A stretch of 18,976 nt of DNA from Candidatus Thorarchaeota archaeon (GTDB lineage Archaea > Asgardarchaeota > Thorarchaeia > Thorarchaeales > Thorarchaeaceae): positions 2,636,012-2,654,987 of the forward strand of contig CP070761.1 of NCBI GenBank assembly GCA_020348985.1, given 5' to 3'. The stretch's first letter is position 1. Every line of letters begins with the position of its first letter. Position numbers and translations under genes: made by a program. This document shows, one piece after another, positions 1 to 8,900 of this stretch. A model generated the notes under the pieces. It saw nothing but the letters and a program-made list of their open reading frames with translations. It did not search any database and was not told where the DNA came from.

Positions 1-726
1 AACCTTCCCATCATAGATGTCAAGTGCTCCCTCATTCGTTAAGCCGATGTAGTAGGTTGGAACAACGGCAACGTTGACAATTACATCCAAGTAGTCAGTG
101 ACTACCTTCTTTGCCAAGTCCACAGTCGCATGCACCAGATCAAGCATTTCCGGGACTTTTTTCAACCAATCATCACGCTCGCTTTCTTTGAGTGGCTTCA
201 TCATCCCACCTGCGATTGCAGTCACAGGATGAACGGCTTTTCCTCCAACCGTCCTACAGAGTTCCTGCCCAAACTCCATAATCTTGATAGCCTGCACGGC
301 AACATCCGGAAGATGCTTCAGGACTGCAGCAACGTTGCGTACCTCCGGGGGAGCAAACGGGCCAAACACAAAGTCTGGAGCAGCAAGAGCATAGAAATGA
401 ATGGCATGACTGCTCAACTGCTTCGCCTCGATCAGAAGTCGTCTGAGTTTGATGGCGGCAGGGGGAGGCGTGATTCCCCAAGCTGCTTCTACTGCCTTTG
501 TAGAAGCAAGATGGTGAGGAATCGGACAAATGCCACAAATTCTAGGTGCAATTCTCGGTGCTTCCTCAGCTGGACGTCCTTCGAGGAACTTCTCGAAGAA
601 TCTGGTACTGTTTACGTTGAACTGAACGTCCTTGACCTTGCCGTCTTTGCCTAGTACAACTCGAAGTGCACCGTGACCTTCCAGTCTGGTGACTGGATCT
701 ATGGTGATTACCTTGTCTTTGCTCAT
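1..726 (-). CDS. mvhA: [NiFe]-hydrogenase large subunit, group 3c (MvhA); 5' part only, continues beyond the left edge
   Basis: Not in the ORF track; translated by hand from ATG at 726, which overlaps the mvhG TGA as ATGA: MSKDKVITIDPVTRLEGHG...RFFEKFLEGRPAEEAPRIAPRICGICPIPHHLAS...SHAIHFYALAAPDF...GGKAVHPVTAIAGG... The frame is open for 242 codons to base 1. Has TRLEGH and the L1 Ni-binding RICGIC motif; follows mvhG/mvhD. Confidence 0.95.
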   Translation of the reverse strand, partial: MSKDKVITIDPVTRLEGHGALRVVLGKDGKVKDVQFNVNSTRFFEKFLEGRPAEEAPRIAPRICGICPIPHHLASTKAVEAAWGITPPPAAIKLRRLLIEAKQLSSHAIHFYALAAPDFVFGPFAPPEVRNVAAVLKHLPDVAVQAIKIMEFGQELCRTVGGKAVHPVTAIAGGMMKPLKESERDDWLKKVPEMLDLVHATVDLAKKVVTDYLDVIVNVAVVPTYYIGLTNEGALDIYDGKV

Positions 727-1637
727 TTCTTCCCCTCCCTCCTGAGTCGAATCTGTCCTAGATGACTTGCTGGATAAGTAAAGCGCCAGAATGACCCAAG
801 CGGGTCTTTGATCTGAGCTTTCATCTCCTCCGCTTCTAGCGGGCCATAGGAGCCGAGCATTGCAATTGAAGCAGCTCCATGGTCTACGAAGTGACCCACG
901 GGTCCATGACATCCCTTGCACGGGGCGCCTGCGTTGGGACACTGAGCTTCACATACTCCCCAAGTGCTTGAGCCCAAGCACAGGTAACCCTGCTCTAGCA
1001 GGCATCTATCAGGATCGGATATTCCTTGGAAGTCACGCAACCAGCTCTCGACTGGTTCTTCCTTCTTCTCTCGCTCACAGTAATGACAGACAGCATGAGC
1101 AGGGAGCTCTATTGGCCGACCAGTTAGTAAAGCGTTTACGGCAGTGGCGATTACTTTTGACGTCGGAGGACACCCAGGTAGATAGATGTCGAAGTCTACG
1201 TACGAGTTGTTGGGCTTAACAGTCTTCTCAAGGGGGGGAACATTCTCCGAAGGCACTTTACCACCTTTGACTGTCCTGTTGTTCCTGAACTTGACATCAC
1301 AGCATTCTTCAATATCAGAAAAGTTCGCCATTCCAGGAATACCTCCGAAGCATGAGCAAGAGCCAAACGCAATCAGTATCTGGCACTTGTCCCGCATTAA
1401 CTTGAGCAGGTGGACATCCTCTTCAGTCCGGGCCATGCCCTCATAGAGACCTACAACCACGGATTTGTCTGGATAGCTTTCAAGATGATGCAGCTTGAAA
1501 TCGGCTACTGCTTGCCAGTACTTAATGTCAAGCAACGGAAGAACATCAGCAAGTCCAAGATGAATATCTACAAGCGATTGAAAGCAGCCCCAACAGGAGC
1601 TTCCTTGCCCCATGGCAATTGGTACAGGATCCGTCAT
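723..1637 (-). CDS. mvhG: [NiFe]-hydrogenase small subunit (MvhG)
   Basis: Proximal cluster motifs SCWGC, GSCSCFGGIPG, LPGCPP; C-terminal CHYC...CLLEQGYLCLG...CEAQCPNAGAPCKGCHG pattern typical of MvhG/HoxY-type subunits; lies between mvhD and mvhA. Confidence 0.93.
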   Translation of the reverse strand: MTDPVPIAMGQGSSCWGCFQSLVDIHLGLADVLPLLDIKYWQAVADFKLHHLESYPDKSVVVGLYEGMARTEEDVHLLKLMRDKCQILIAFGSCSCFGGIPGMANFSDIEECCDVKFRNNRTVKGGKVPSENVPPLEKTVKPNNSYVDFDIYLPGCPPTSKVIATAVNALLTGRPIELPAHAVCHYCEREKKEEPVESWLRDFQGISDPDRCLLEQGYLCLGSSTWGVCEAQCPNAGAPCKGCHGPVGHFVDHGAASIAMLGSYGPLEAEEMKAQIKDPLGSFWRFTYPASHLGQIRLRREGKK

Positions 1638-1642
1638 TTCGC

Positions 1643-1990
1643 TCAGACCTCCTTGATATCATAGACGTATTCGCGCTTTTCATCGCCCACAATCTCTACA
1701 CGGTTCCACTTCAACATCGCAAGAAGGTTCCAAAGAATACGCTCTTTGTCCATCCTGGTTTGCTTTGCGATCTTGGTGATTGTGGCTGGACCAGTTGCTA
1801 GAACACGTTCAATGTTACTGCGTTCGACTTCGTCCCTGACCGTCTTTTCGACTAGTTCGTCGAATCGCCTCTGAGTGAGCTTGCCTCCCTGAACGAGAAT
1901 GTCGCCCTTGCCGATGAGCCATCGGAGCCTCTCGCCACTGAATGCGTCTACTGCGGCTTCAACGTCTGCTAGTGTAATTTTCTCCTTCAA
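1643..1990 (-). CDS. Small Cys-free protein with a C-terminal winged-helix-like segment, mvhD-associated
   Basis: Fills the gap between mvhD and mvhG. C-terminal half (GPATITKIAKQTRMDKERILWNLLAMLKWNRVEIVG) has HTH-plus-wing patterning. TTG at 1990 (TTGA overlap with the mvhD stop, AGGAGG a few nt upstream) is preferred over the track's GTG at 1996, which almost abuts the SD. Confidence 0.75.
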   Translation of the reverse strand: MKEKITLADVEAAVDAFSGERLRWLIGKGDILVQGGKLTQRRFDELVEKTVRDEVERSNIERVLATGPATITKIAKQTRMDKERILWNLLAMLKWNRVEIVGDEKREYVYDIKEV

Positions 1991-2421
1991 GTCCACTTCC
2001 TCCTGAATGGTCCTGCTTTCCTCACCTTTTCTGTGAGTTCCTTGACACCATCAGCAAACCTCTGCCCCTCGGAGGCACTCGCCCATTGAAGCCTGACGCG
2101 GTCAGGACTTATCCCCGCACCTTCAATGGCGGTCTCAAGCAGAGCCCATCTGGCTCTCATCTTTAGGTTCCCGCTCGTATAGTGGCAGTCTCCTGGATGG
2201 CAACCCGACACCAGAACGCCATCGGCCCCTTGGTCAAGTGCGTCCAGCACGAAGTCGGGGTCAACTCTGCCTGTACAGTTCACCCGAATTATCCGCACAT
2301 TAGGTGGATATTGTATCCTACTTGTACCTGCAAGGTCGGCGCCGGCATACGAACACCAATTACAACAGAACGCAACAATAACTGGCTCCCAGTCCTTCAG
2401 TTCTACGGCCGCAGTAGTCAT
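1987..2421 (-). CDS. mvhD: Hydrogenase/Hdr [2Fe-2S] adaptor subunit MvhD (copy 2)
   Basis: FCCNWCSYAGADLAG, RVNCTGRVD, GADGVLVSGCHPGDCHY, WASASEG: canonical MvhD/FlpD motifs. Confidence 0.95.
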   Translation of the reverse strand: MTTAAVELKDWEPVIVAFCCNWCSYAGADLAGTSRIQYPPNVRIIRVNCTGRVDPDFVLDALDQGADGVLVSGCHPGDCHYTSGNLKMRARWALLETAIEGAGISPDRVRLQWASASEGQRFADGVKELTEKVRKAGPFRRKWT

Positions 2422-4169
2422 TTCTCACCACCTCCATGCACAAACGCGGAACTAAGAAGCGCCGCGATCATCGAAGAAATCTGGTCATCCGTGGAATGTC
2501 GCATCACAATCGCTCCACTTGGGCATCCGGCAGCGCACGTCCCACAGCCATGACATTTGGCCTCAGTCACCCGGGCTACTTCAACACCTTTCGTTGCCTC
2601 GATAGAAGTTGCTCCATACGGACAAGCAGTGACACATGTGTGACATGCCGAACAGAGTTCATCGATAACACTTGCTACGGTAGATTCTATCTCAACTTCA
2701 CCGCGAGCAATCAAAGACACTGCCTTGGCAGCTGCACCGCTAGCTTGAGTAGTACTATCGGTAGCACTCTTGGCCGATTGCGCAGCTCCAGCAATCATGA
2801 TCCCTGCTGTGTGAGTTGTGAGTGGTGCAAGCTTGATGTGTTCCTCATTGAAGAAACCATCTGCAGATCTAGTTAGGCTGAAGATCTTCGCAACTTCGTC
2901 AGCACCTTCGGGTGGCACCATAGCATTGGCCAACACCAGCATATCGGGCCTAAACTCGCAATTCTCTCCAGAAAGCACGTCATTCCATTTTAGCATAATT
3001 CCAGAATCATTAATCTTGACTGCAGGTTTCTTCTTCTTGTTGTACTTTGAGAAGATTACATGTTCTTGACGGGCACGACGATGAACATCCTCGTGCCCCT
3101 TGCCAAATGTTCGTATGTCATCATACAGCATAAGGACTTCATCGGCTTCTTCCCTCAATTCTGCAGCTACCTTTGCCATCGCGGTACAACAATATCGAGA
3201 ACAGTGTTCATGCCCTTTGACACCTTCCTCTCGTGAACCTACACAGCTGATGAACGCCACATTCTTTGGCGGCTGAGCTGTACTGGGGCGCAGAACAGTC
3301 CCGTCTCGCTTCATTTCTTCAAGTGCAGATAGTGTGATTATATCAGGAGAGTCTCCATACCCGTAGTAGCCAATTGGTTCAAACGGATCGAATCCAGTTG
3401 CCACTATCACAGTGCCAACTTTCATCTCGGACTCCTCCTCAGTCACATTGTTCTTGACTGTAACCTCGAAGTTGCCAATGTGCCCATCGAAATTTGTGAC
3501 TTCGGAGTTCAGAAGTATTGTAACATTCTCGCTTGCCTCAGCAGCCAACGACATCCTATCGACAACATCCTTTGCAGGTTCGTTGTTTGGATAAAGCGTC
3601 GAGAGCTTAGCTAGATTGCCACCAAGATTGCCTGTCCGCTCAACTAGTGTAGCTCTGAAACCTCTATCACCTATGTCAAGAGCGGCCCTTAATCCAGAGA
3701 CCCCGCCTCCTACGACAAGTGCATGAGGCTCAACACTGACAGTCTTGACTTCAAGAGGTTCAAGAAGTGATGCTCTTGCAACTGACATCCGCACTAGATC
3801 TCTAGCCTTCTGAGTAGCCGCTTCTGGTTCTTTCATATGACACCAAGAAACATGCTCTCTGAGATTCACCTGTTCGAAGCAGTATCTGTTGAGGCCAGCT
3901 TCTTCCACTACCTTTCGAAAGGTGGGCTCATGCATACGGGGTGAGCAGCTTGCGACCACCACCCTGTTTAGACCTAGCTCTTCAATCTTCTCACGAATCA
4001 AAGCCTGGCCGCTGTCACTACACATGAACATGAAGTGAGTCGATAGTTCAACGTTCGGGAACTCTGAAGCTAGCTCTGCAACATGCTCAACATTGACAGT
4101 ACCAGCTATGTTGTGGCCGCAGTGACAGACGAAGACACCAACTTTCGGACTTTCCCCAGATCCCATCAC
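2418..4169 (-). CDS. hdrA: HdrA-family flavoprotein with N-terminal FeS domain, FAD domain and C-terminal 2x[4Fe-4S]; lacks the inserted ferredoxin domain and DCxxC (QmoB-like layout)
   Basis: GVFVCHCGHNI...CS...SCSPRMHEPTF...NLREHVSWCH; GGGVSG; CVGSRE...HCSRYCC; C-terminal CSACHTCVTACP and CHGCGTCAAGCP. GTG start at 4169, or ATG at 4166. Confidence 0.9.
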   Translation of the reverse strand: MMGSGESPKVGVFVCHCGHNIAGTVNVEHVAELASEFPNVELSTHFMFMCSDSGQALIREKIEELGLNRVVVASCSPRMHEPTFRKVVEEAGLNRYCFEQVNLREHVSWCHMKEPEAATQKARDLVRMSVARASLLEPLEVKTVSVEPHALVVGGGVSGLRAALDIGDRGFRATLVERTGNLGGNLAKLSTLYPNNEPAKDVVDRMSLAAEASENVTILLNSEVTNFDGHIGNFEVTVKNNVTEEESEMKVGTVIVATGFDPFEPIGYYGYGDSPDIITLSALEEMKRDGTVLRPSTAQPPKNVAFISCVGSREEGVKGHEHCSRYCCTAMAKVAAELREEADEVLMLYDDIRTFGKGHEDVHRRARQEHVIFSKYNKKKKPAVKINDSGIMLKWNDVLSGENCEFRPDMLVLANAMVPPEGADEVAKIFSLTRSADGFFNEEHIKLAPLTTHTAGIMIAGAAQSAKSATDSTTQASGAAAKAVSLIARGEVEIESTVASVIDELCSACHTCVTACPYGATSIEATKGVEVARVTEAKCHGCGTCAAGCPSGAIVMRHSTDDQISSMIAALLSSAFVHGGGEK

Positions 4170-5506
4170 ACTTCACCTCCCTTCGCGAGAGTTATACTTG
4201 CTCGCATTGCCGCTGCACTCCCTGCAGCAACTGAATCTGGGATGTCCTTGGGTCCTTCGGCACATCCACACACAAACACGCCCGGCACTTTGGTGTCCAC
4301 TGGGTTGCTTGCAGGATGCTCTACGAACAAATAGCCATCAGAGTCGACATCCACGCCGAGCTCTGAAGCTATGACTCTCAGCTCTTTTGGAGGAAGGATA
4401 CCGGGGCAAAGCACCACAAGCTCGTGTTCATGCTGCAGATATTCCCCGGTCTCAGTGTTCTCAACACGGATCTCGATATTCCTAGTCTTTGGATTCTCTG
4501 CAACTTCTCCTACTCGACCTCGAATGAACTCGATTCCGAATCGAGTCTGGGCCATATTATAGAATTCCTCGAATCCCTTTCCGTATGCACGAATGTCCGC
4601 GTAGTAGACAGTGACGTTCTTTACGTTATCCGGTTGGAGCTCTTTGGCCATAACGGCATTCTTTATGCCATACATGCAGCATACTCGAGCACAGTATGGA
4701 ACTTGGTTGGTAACGTCTCGGGCACCCACGCATTGAACGAAGCCTATGCTCTTCGGAATCTTTCCGTCACTCATCCTCAACAGGTGCCCAGCTGTTGGTC
4801 CGGCTGCATTGATGAGCCTCTCATATTCGAGAGCGTTGATTACGTTCTTGTACTCACCATACCCTAGACGCGGATACTTACTGACGTCGAAGAGTTCGAA
4901 CCCGGTGGCTACAACGATTGCCCCTACAGGTATCTCAACTTCTTCGTCTTTCATGGCCAGGTCAATGGCCTCTCGCTCACAAGCCTTGACACACATCTCA
5001 CACTTGATACAGTTTTCATCGTCAATGGTATAGACGAGTGGTGTGTTCTGCGGGAATCCTACGTAGACAGCCCTTCTAAAGCCGAGACCTTGATCGAACT
5101 CGTTTGGAATTTCAATGGGACAGTGTTCCACGCAGTCGCCACAGCCCGAGCATTTGTCCTCTAGAACCTTGCGGGCTTTCCGAAGCACTTTCACCTTGAA
5201 GTTACCGGCTTGCCCACTGATCCCAGTAACCTCGGAGTAGGTAAGTAGCTCTATGTTTGGATGTCTGGCCACCTCCGATAGCTTTGGGGTGAGAATGCAT
5301 GCAGAACAGTCAAGGGTTGGAAAGGTTTTGTCGAGCATGGCCATTGCTCCACCAATTGAGGGTGTCTTCTCTACAAGTACAACATTGAATCCCTGATCTG
5401 CCAAGTCAAGCGAGGCTTGCATTCCGGAGACCCCTCCTCCGATTACAAGGGCGGTCTGAGTTGGACTCATCTGTGAAAGAGTAGCGAGTTTCTCTGCTTC
5501 AGTCAT
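4166..5506 (-). CDS. hdrA: Short HdrA-family flavoprotein with FAD domain, DCxxC and inserted 2x[4Fe-4S]; lacks N- and C-terminal FeS domains (QmoA-like layout)
   Basis: Starts directly at ALVIGGGVSG; LDKTFPTLDCSACIL; CSGCGDCVEHCP and CIKCEMCVKACE; CVGARD...YCARVCCMYGIKNA; GPKDIPDSVA; ends before the C-terminal ferredoxin domain. Confidence 0.9.
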   Translation of the reverse strand: MTEAEKLATLSQMSPTQTALVIGGGVSGMQASLDLADQGFNVVLVEKTPSIGGAMAMLDKTFPTLDCSACILTPKLSEVARHPNIELLTYSEVTGISGQAGNFKVKVLRKARKVLEDKCSGCGDCVEHCPIEIPNEFDQGLGFRRAVYVGFPQNTPLVYTIDDENCIKCEMCVKACEREAIDLAMKDEEVEIPVGAIVVATGFELFDVSKYPRLGYGEYKNVINALEYERLINAAGPTAGHLLRMSDGKIPKSIGFVQCVGARDVTNQVPYCARVCCMYGIKNAVMAKELQPDNVKNVTVYYADIRAYGKGFEEFYNMAQTRFGIEFIRGRVGEVAENPKTRNIEIRVENTETGEYLQHEHELVVLCPGILPPKELRVIASELGVDVDSDGYLFVEHPASNPVDTKVPGVFVCGCAEGPKDIPDSVAAGSAAAMRASITLAKGGEV

Positions 5507-5931
5507 TTCTTGCCCCTCCCACTGATAGGACTTGGTCCGAGCTTTTTGATCTGCTCAGTCATCTCTGTGATGGCTTCTGCCCATTGCTGGCCCTCAGATG
5601 CGCTCGCCCATAGCAGCCGCAGCCTTTGTGGGTCCATTCCAATGCTCTCAAGTGCTGTCTGAAGTGCTTGAAAGCGAACCTGAGTCCGGTAGTTGCCAGT
5701 CGAATAATGACAATCTCCAATATGGCACCCGCTGACAATGACGCCGTCAGCACCATTCTTGAAAGCCTCTAGCACCATGACCGGATCAACACGACCTGAG
5801 CACATGAGGCGAATCACCTTCGCACTCGTCGGGTACTGAATACGCGATATCCCTGCGAGGTCAGCCCCACCGTATGAGCACCAGTTGCATGTGAACGCAA
5901 CAATATTCGGGTCGAAGATCTTCTTACTCAT
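5503..5931 (-). CDS. mvhD: MvhD (copy 1), 142 aa
   Basis: MSKKIFDPNIVAFTCNWCSYGGADLAG...MCSGRVD...GCHIGDCHY. Start moved from 6057 to ATG 5931, which overlaps the upstream stop as ATGA and has GGAGG upstream; the extra 42 codons overlap the hdrA-L gene. Confidence 0.93.
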   Translation of the reverse strand: MSKKIFDPNIVAFTCNWCSYGGADLAGISRIQYPTSAKVIRLMCSGRVDPVMVLEAFKNGADGVIVSGCHIGDCHYSTGNYRTQVRFQALQTALESIGMDPQRLRLLWASASEGQQWAEAITEMTEQIKKLGPSPISGRGKK

Positions 5932-8900
5932 GTCTCGACGCCTCCTTTGACCTTGGCCGCTGCTTCTATTACGGGCATTATCTGCTCCCGCTTGTAGTGG
6001 TGTATATCTATGGCATTCATTGGACATCCACCTGCACACGTTCCACATCCCTGGCACAATTCAGAGAGAACCTTCCTTTCGTCCCTTTCACCAACAACTG
6101 CATTGTATGGGCAGATTTCTCCACAGAGATCGCAGTCCATGCAAAGCTCAGTGTCAATTTCGGCAAACATGGGCTCAATTTGGAATTGCCCTGGCGTAAG
6201 CAGTGATTGTGCTCCGGCCGCAGCGGCCTTGCCATATGCCACGGCCTTCGGAATGTCCATTGGTCCGAGACACGCACCAGCCAGAAAGACTCCGTCTTGG
6301 AAGGCATCGACCGGACGAAGCTTCGGATGTGCTTCTAGAAGATAGCCGTACTCTCCGGTTGATAGTTTGAACTTCCTTGCGAAGTCCTTCATGTCATCAT
6401 GCGGAAGAATAGCAGTGGCCAACACAACCAGTTCATGGGTTGTCTCGAGCCGTTCTCCGGTGTAGAGGTCTTCGGCTAATACTTTCAGTGACTTCGAGCC
6501 AGGTATCTCTTCAACTTCTGATGGCCTTCCCTTGACTATAATGACACCCATTTCTCGTGCCCGATGGTAGAGGCTCTCGTATCCGAGACCGTGTGTACGA
6601 ATGTCCATGGCGTAGATTGTGACTTCGGTTTCAGGATACTTCTCCTTGATTTGAGTTGCCTGTTTGAGTGAATTCTCACAGCCGATATAGCAGCAATAAT
6701 CTGCGTCGACTCTCCGATCTCTTGATCCGACACACTGAATGAAGGCCACACTCTTTGGAATCTCATGGTCAGAAGGTCTCTTGATCTTGCCCTTTGTAGG
6801 ACCTGCAGCGTTCGTGAACCTTTCAAACTGCGCACTCGTGACTACGTTATCGAAGGTTCCAAAACCGTATTCCCGCGTTTCGATTGGATCATATATTTTG
6901 AATCCAGTTGTTACAACAATTGCACCCACTTGAATCTCCGAGATCTTGTCTCCTAATGAGTGGTCAATGGCATTTGGCTCACACACCGTCAGGCACTGCA
7001 AGCACTCAGAGCACACTCCGCAGCTCAGACATCTTCCTGCCTCCTCAACGGCAGCCTTCTCGCTCAGACCCAGCTCGACTTCAGCAAATGAACGCAATCT
7101 CTTGCTCTTTCCAAGCGTCGGCATTGCTGGACGCATGTTCTGGCCGAGTCTAGCGATGTCAACATCGACATATGGAATTGGACTCAAAGTATCATCACGG
7201 GCCTTCAGAAGATCAATTCCCTGAAGATGTCTTGCTATCGAGTCTGCAGCAGTTTTTCCATGTGCAACGGCTTCAATGACTGTGCCACCTCCGCCCAAGA
7301 CAACAGCGCCGCCTGCAAACACTCCCGGCTTGCTTGATTGCATTGTCCTGGAATCTACTGAAAGAGTACCCCATTCAGTATGTTCAAGTTCCCATAACGG
7401 ACCTGTTGGCTTGACCTCTTGTCCTATAGCTATGATTATGTTGTCCAACTTGATGGTGAACTCGGAGTCAGGAACAGGTACTGGTCGTCGACGCCCTGAA
7501 GAGTCAATGTCTCCTAATCGCATCTGGATGCATTTGATGCCCTTGACTATCCCCTGCTCTTCTTTCACCGAAATCGGTTGCGTAAGGAAGAGTATCTTAA
7601 CACCTTCACGTTCAGCTTCATCAATTTCATGGGCTAGCGCTGGCATCTCTTGTCTTGATCGTCTATAGACGATACTGACCTGCTTGGCACCTAGTCTAAG
7701 AGCTGTCCTTGCTGCATCAATCGCGGCATTCCCGCCGCCTATGATTGCGACTTTATCGCCAATTGTGACATTCTTTCCACTATTGACCCGATCCAAGAAG
7801 TCAAGCGCGTGAAACACTCCGGAAGCATCTTCGCCTTCTATTCTGAGTCGTATGCTAAAAGGAGCTCCTGTTCCTATGAACACAGCCTTGTAGCCCATTT
7901 CTTTTAGCTCATCAAGAGACTCGATCCTTTTACCCATCTTGAATTCTACACCAAGATTCTCAACTCGCTTGATCTCCAAGTCAATGATGTCGCGAGGCAA
8001 TCGGAATTCAGGTATGCCATACCTTAGGAGACCACCAGCCGCCTCCTTGGCTTCAAATATCGTAACTGGGTAGCCCGACCTGATGAGGTCATGTGCGCAT
8101 GCTATCCCTGCTGGGCCAGCTCCAATTATGGCCACTTTATCCTCCTTATCAAGAGGGAGTATGGCAACAGGTTCGGCTCCCTGTTCAATCTCTTTGTCCG
8201 CCAGGAATCTGTGTAAATTCCTAATGCTGACTGGAGCATCATACTTGCCTCGTTCACACTTGTCTTCACATGGACTAGTGCATACTCTGCCAAGTACACC
8301 TGGAAATGGAGATACGTCACGATAGAGATTGAGGGCTTCAGTGAACTTCCCGTCATGTAGTAACTGGACGAAGCCTTGGATATTCACGTGAGCTGGACAC
8401 GTGATTCTGCATGTAGCGTGCCCTTTCTTCTCTATCGTATACTTGTTGGGCACCGCCTGTGGGAAAGGTCTATAGATCGCAGTCCTGTTTGCCAGACCAA
8501 ACTCATATTCACTTGGAACTTCAACTGGGCAAGCGTCCTCACATTCGCCACACCCAGTACATTTCATTGTGTCAATATAACGTGATTTCTGTCTGATTTT
8601 GAGGCGGAAGTTGCCTACGTAGCCATCTACATTGTCAACTTCACTGTAGGTCATGAGATTGATACGCGGATGCTGTCCAACCTGGGACATAATTGGGCCA
8701 AGAATACAGATTGCGCAGTCACTCTGTGGGAACACCTTGTCCAAGAGAGCCATCTGTCCTCCAATGGTCGGTCTACGCTCAATAAGATACGTGTTGAAGC
8801 CAGCATTAGCCAGATCAAGTGATGCGCTGATACCTGCAACACCGCCACCTATGACTGCCACTTTTGGAATGATGTTGACTCGCTGCCTGACAAGTGGTTC

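Noticed and set aside
130-654. Plus-strand 174-aa ORF and the many other short antisense or alternate-frame ORFs across the window
   Set aside because: They are shadows of well-supported genes (here mvhA) and have no recognisable motifs.
1987-2060. Programmed -1 frameshift fusing mvhD to the wHTH ORF
   Set aside because: The -1 frame is open for a short stretch, but there is no canonical slippery heptamer, and a good SD plus TTGA overlap explains independent initiation.
4166-5506. Short hdrA as a pseudogene or frameshifted half of the next gene
   Set aside because: Both ORFs have their own complete FAD domain, SD and coupled starts, and their domain order is not that of one broken gene.
5932-6057. 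N-terminal extensions in the ORF track (mvhD from 6057; also hdrC from 12263 and starts at 12765, 15010, 17685)
   Set aside because: Downstream ATGs have SD motifs or stop overlaps and match where family similarity or the signal sequence begins.
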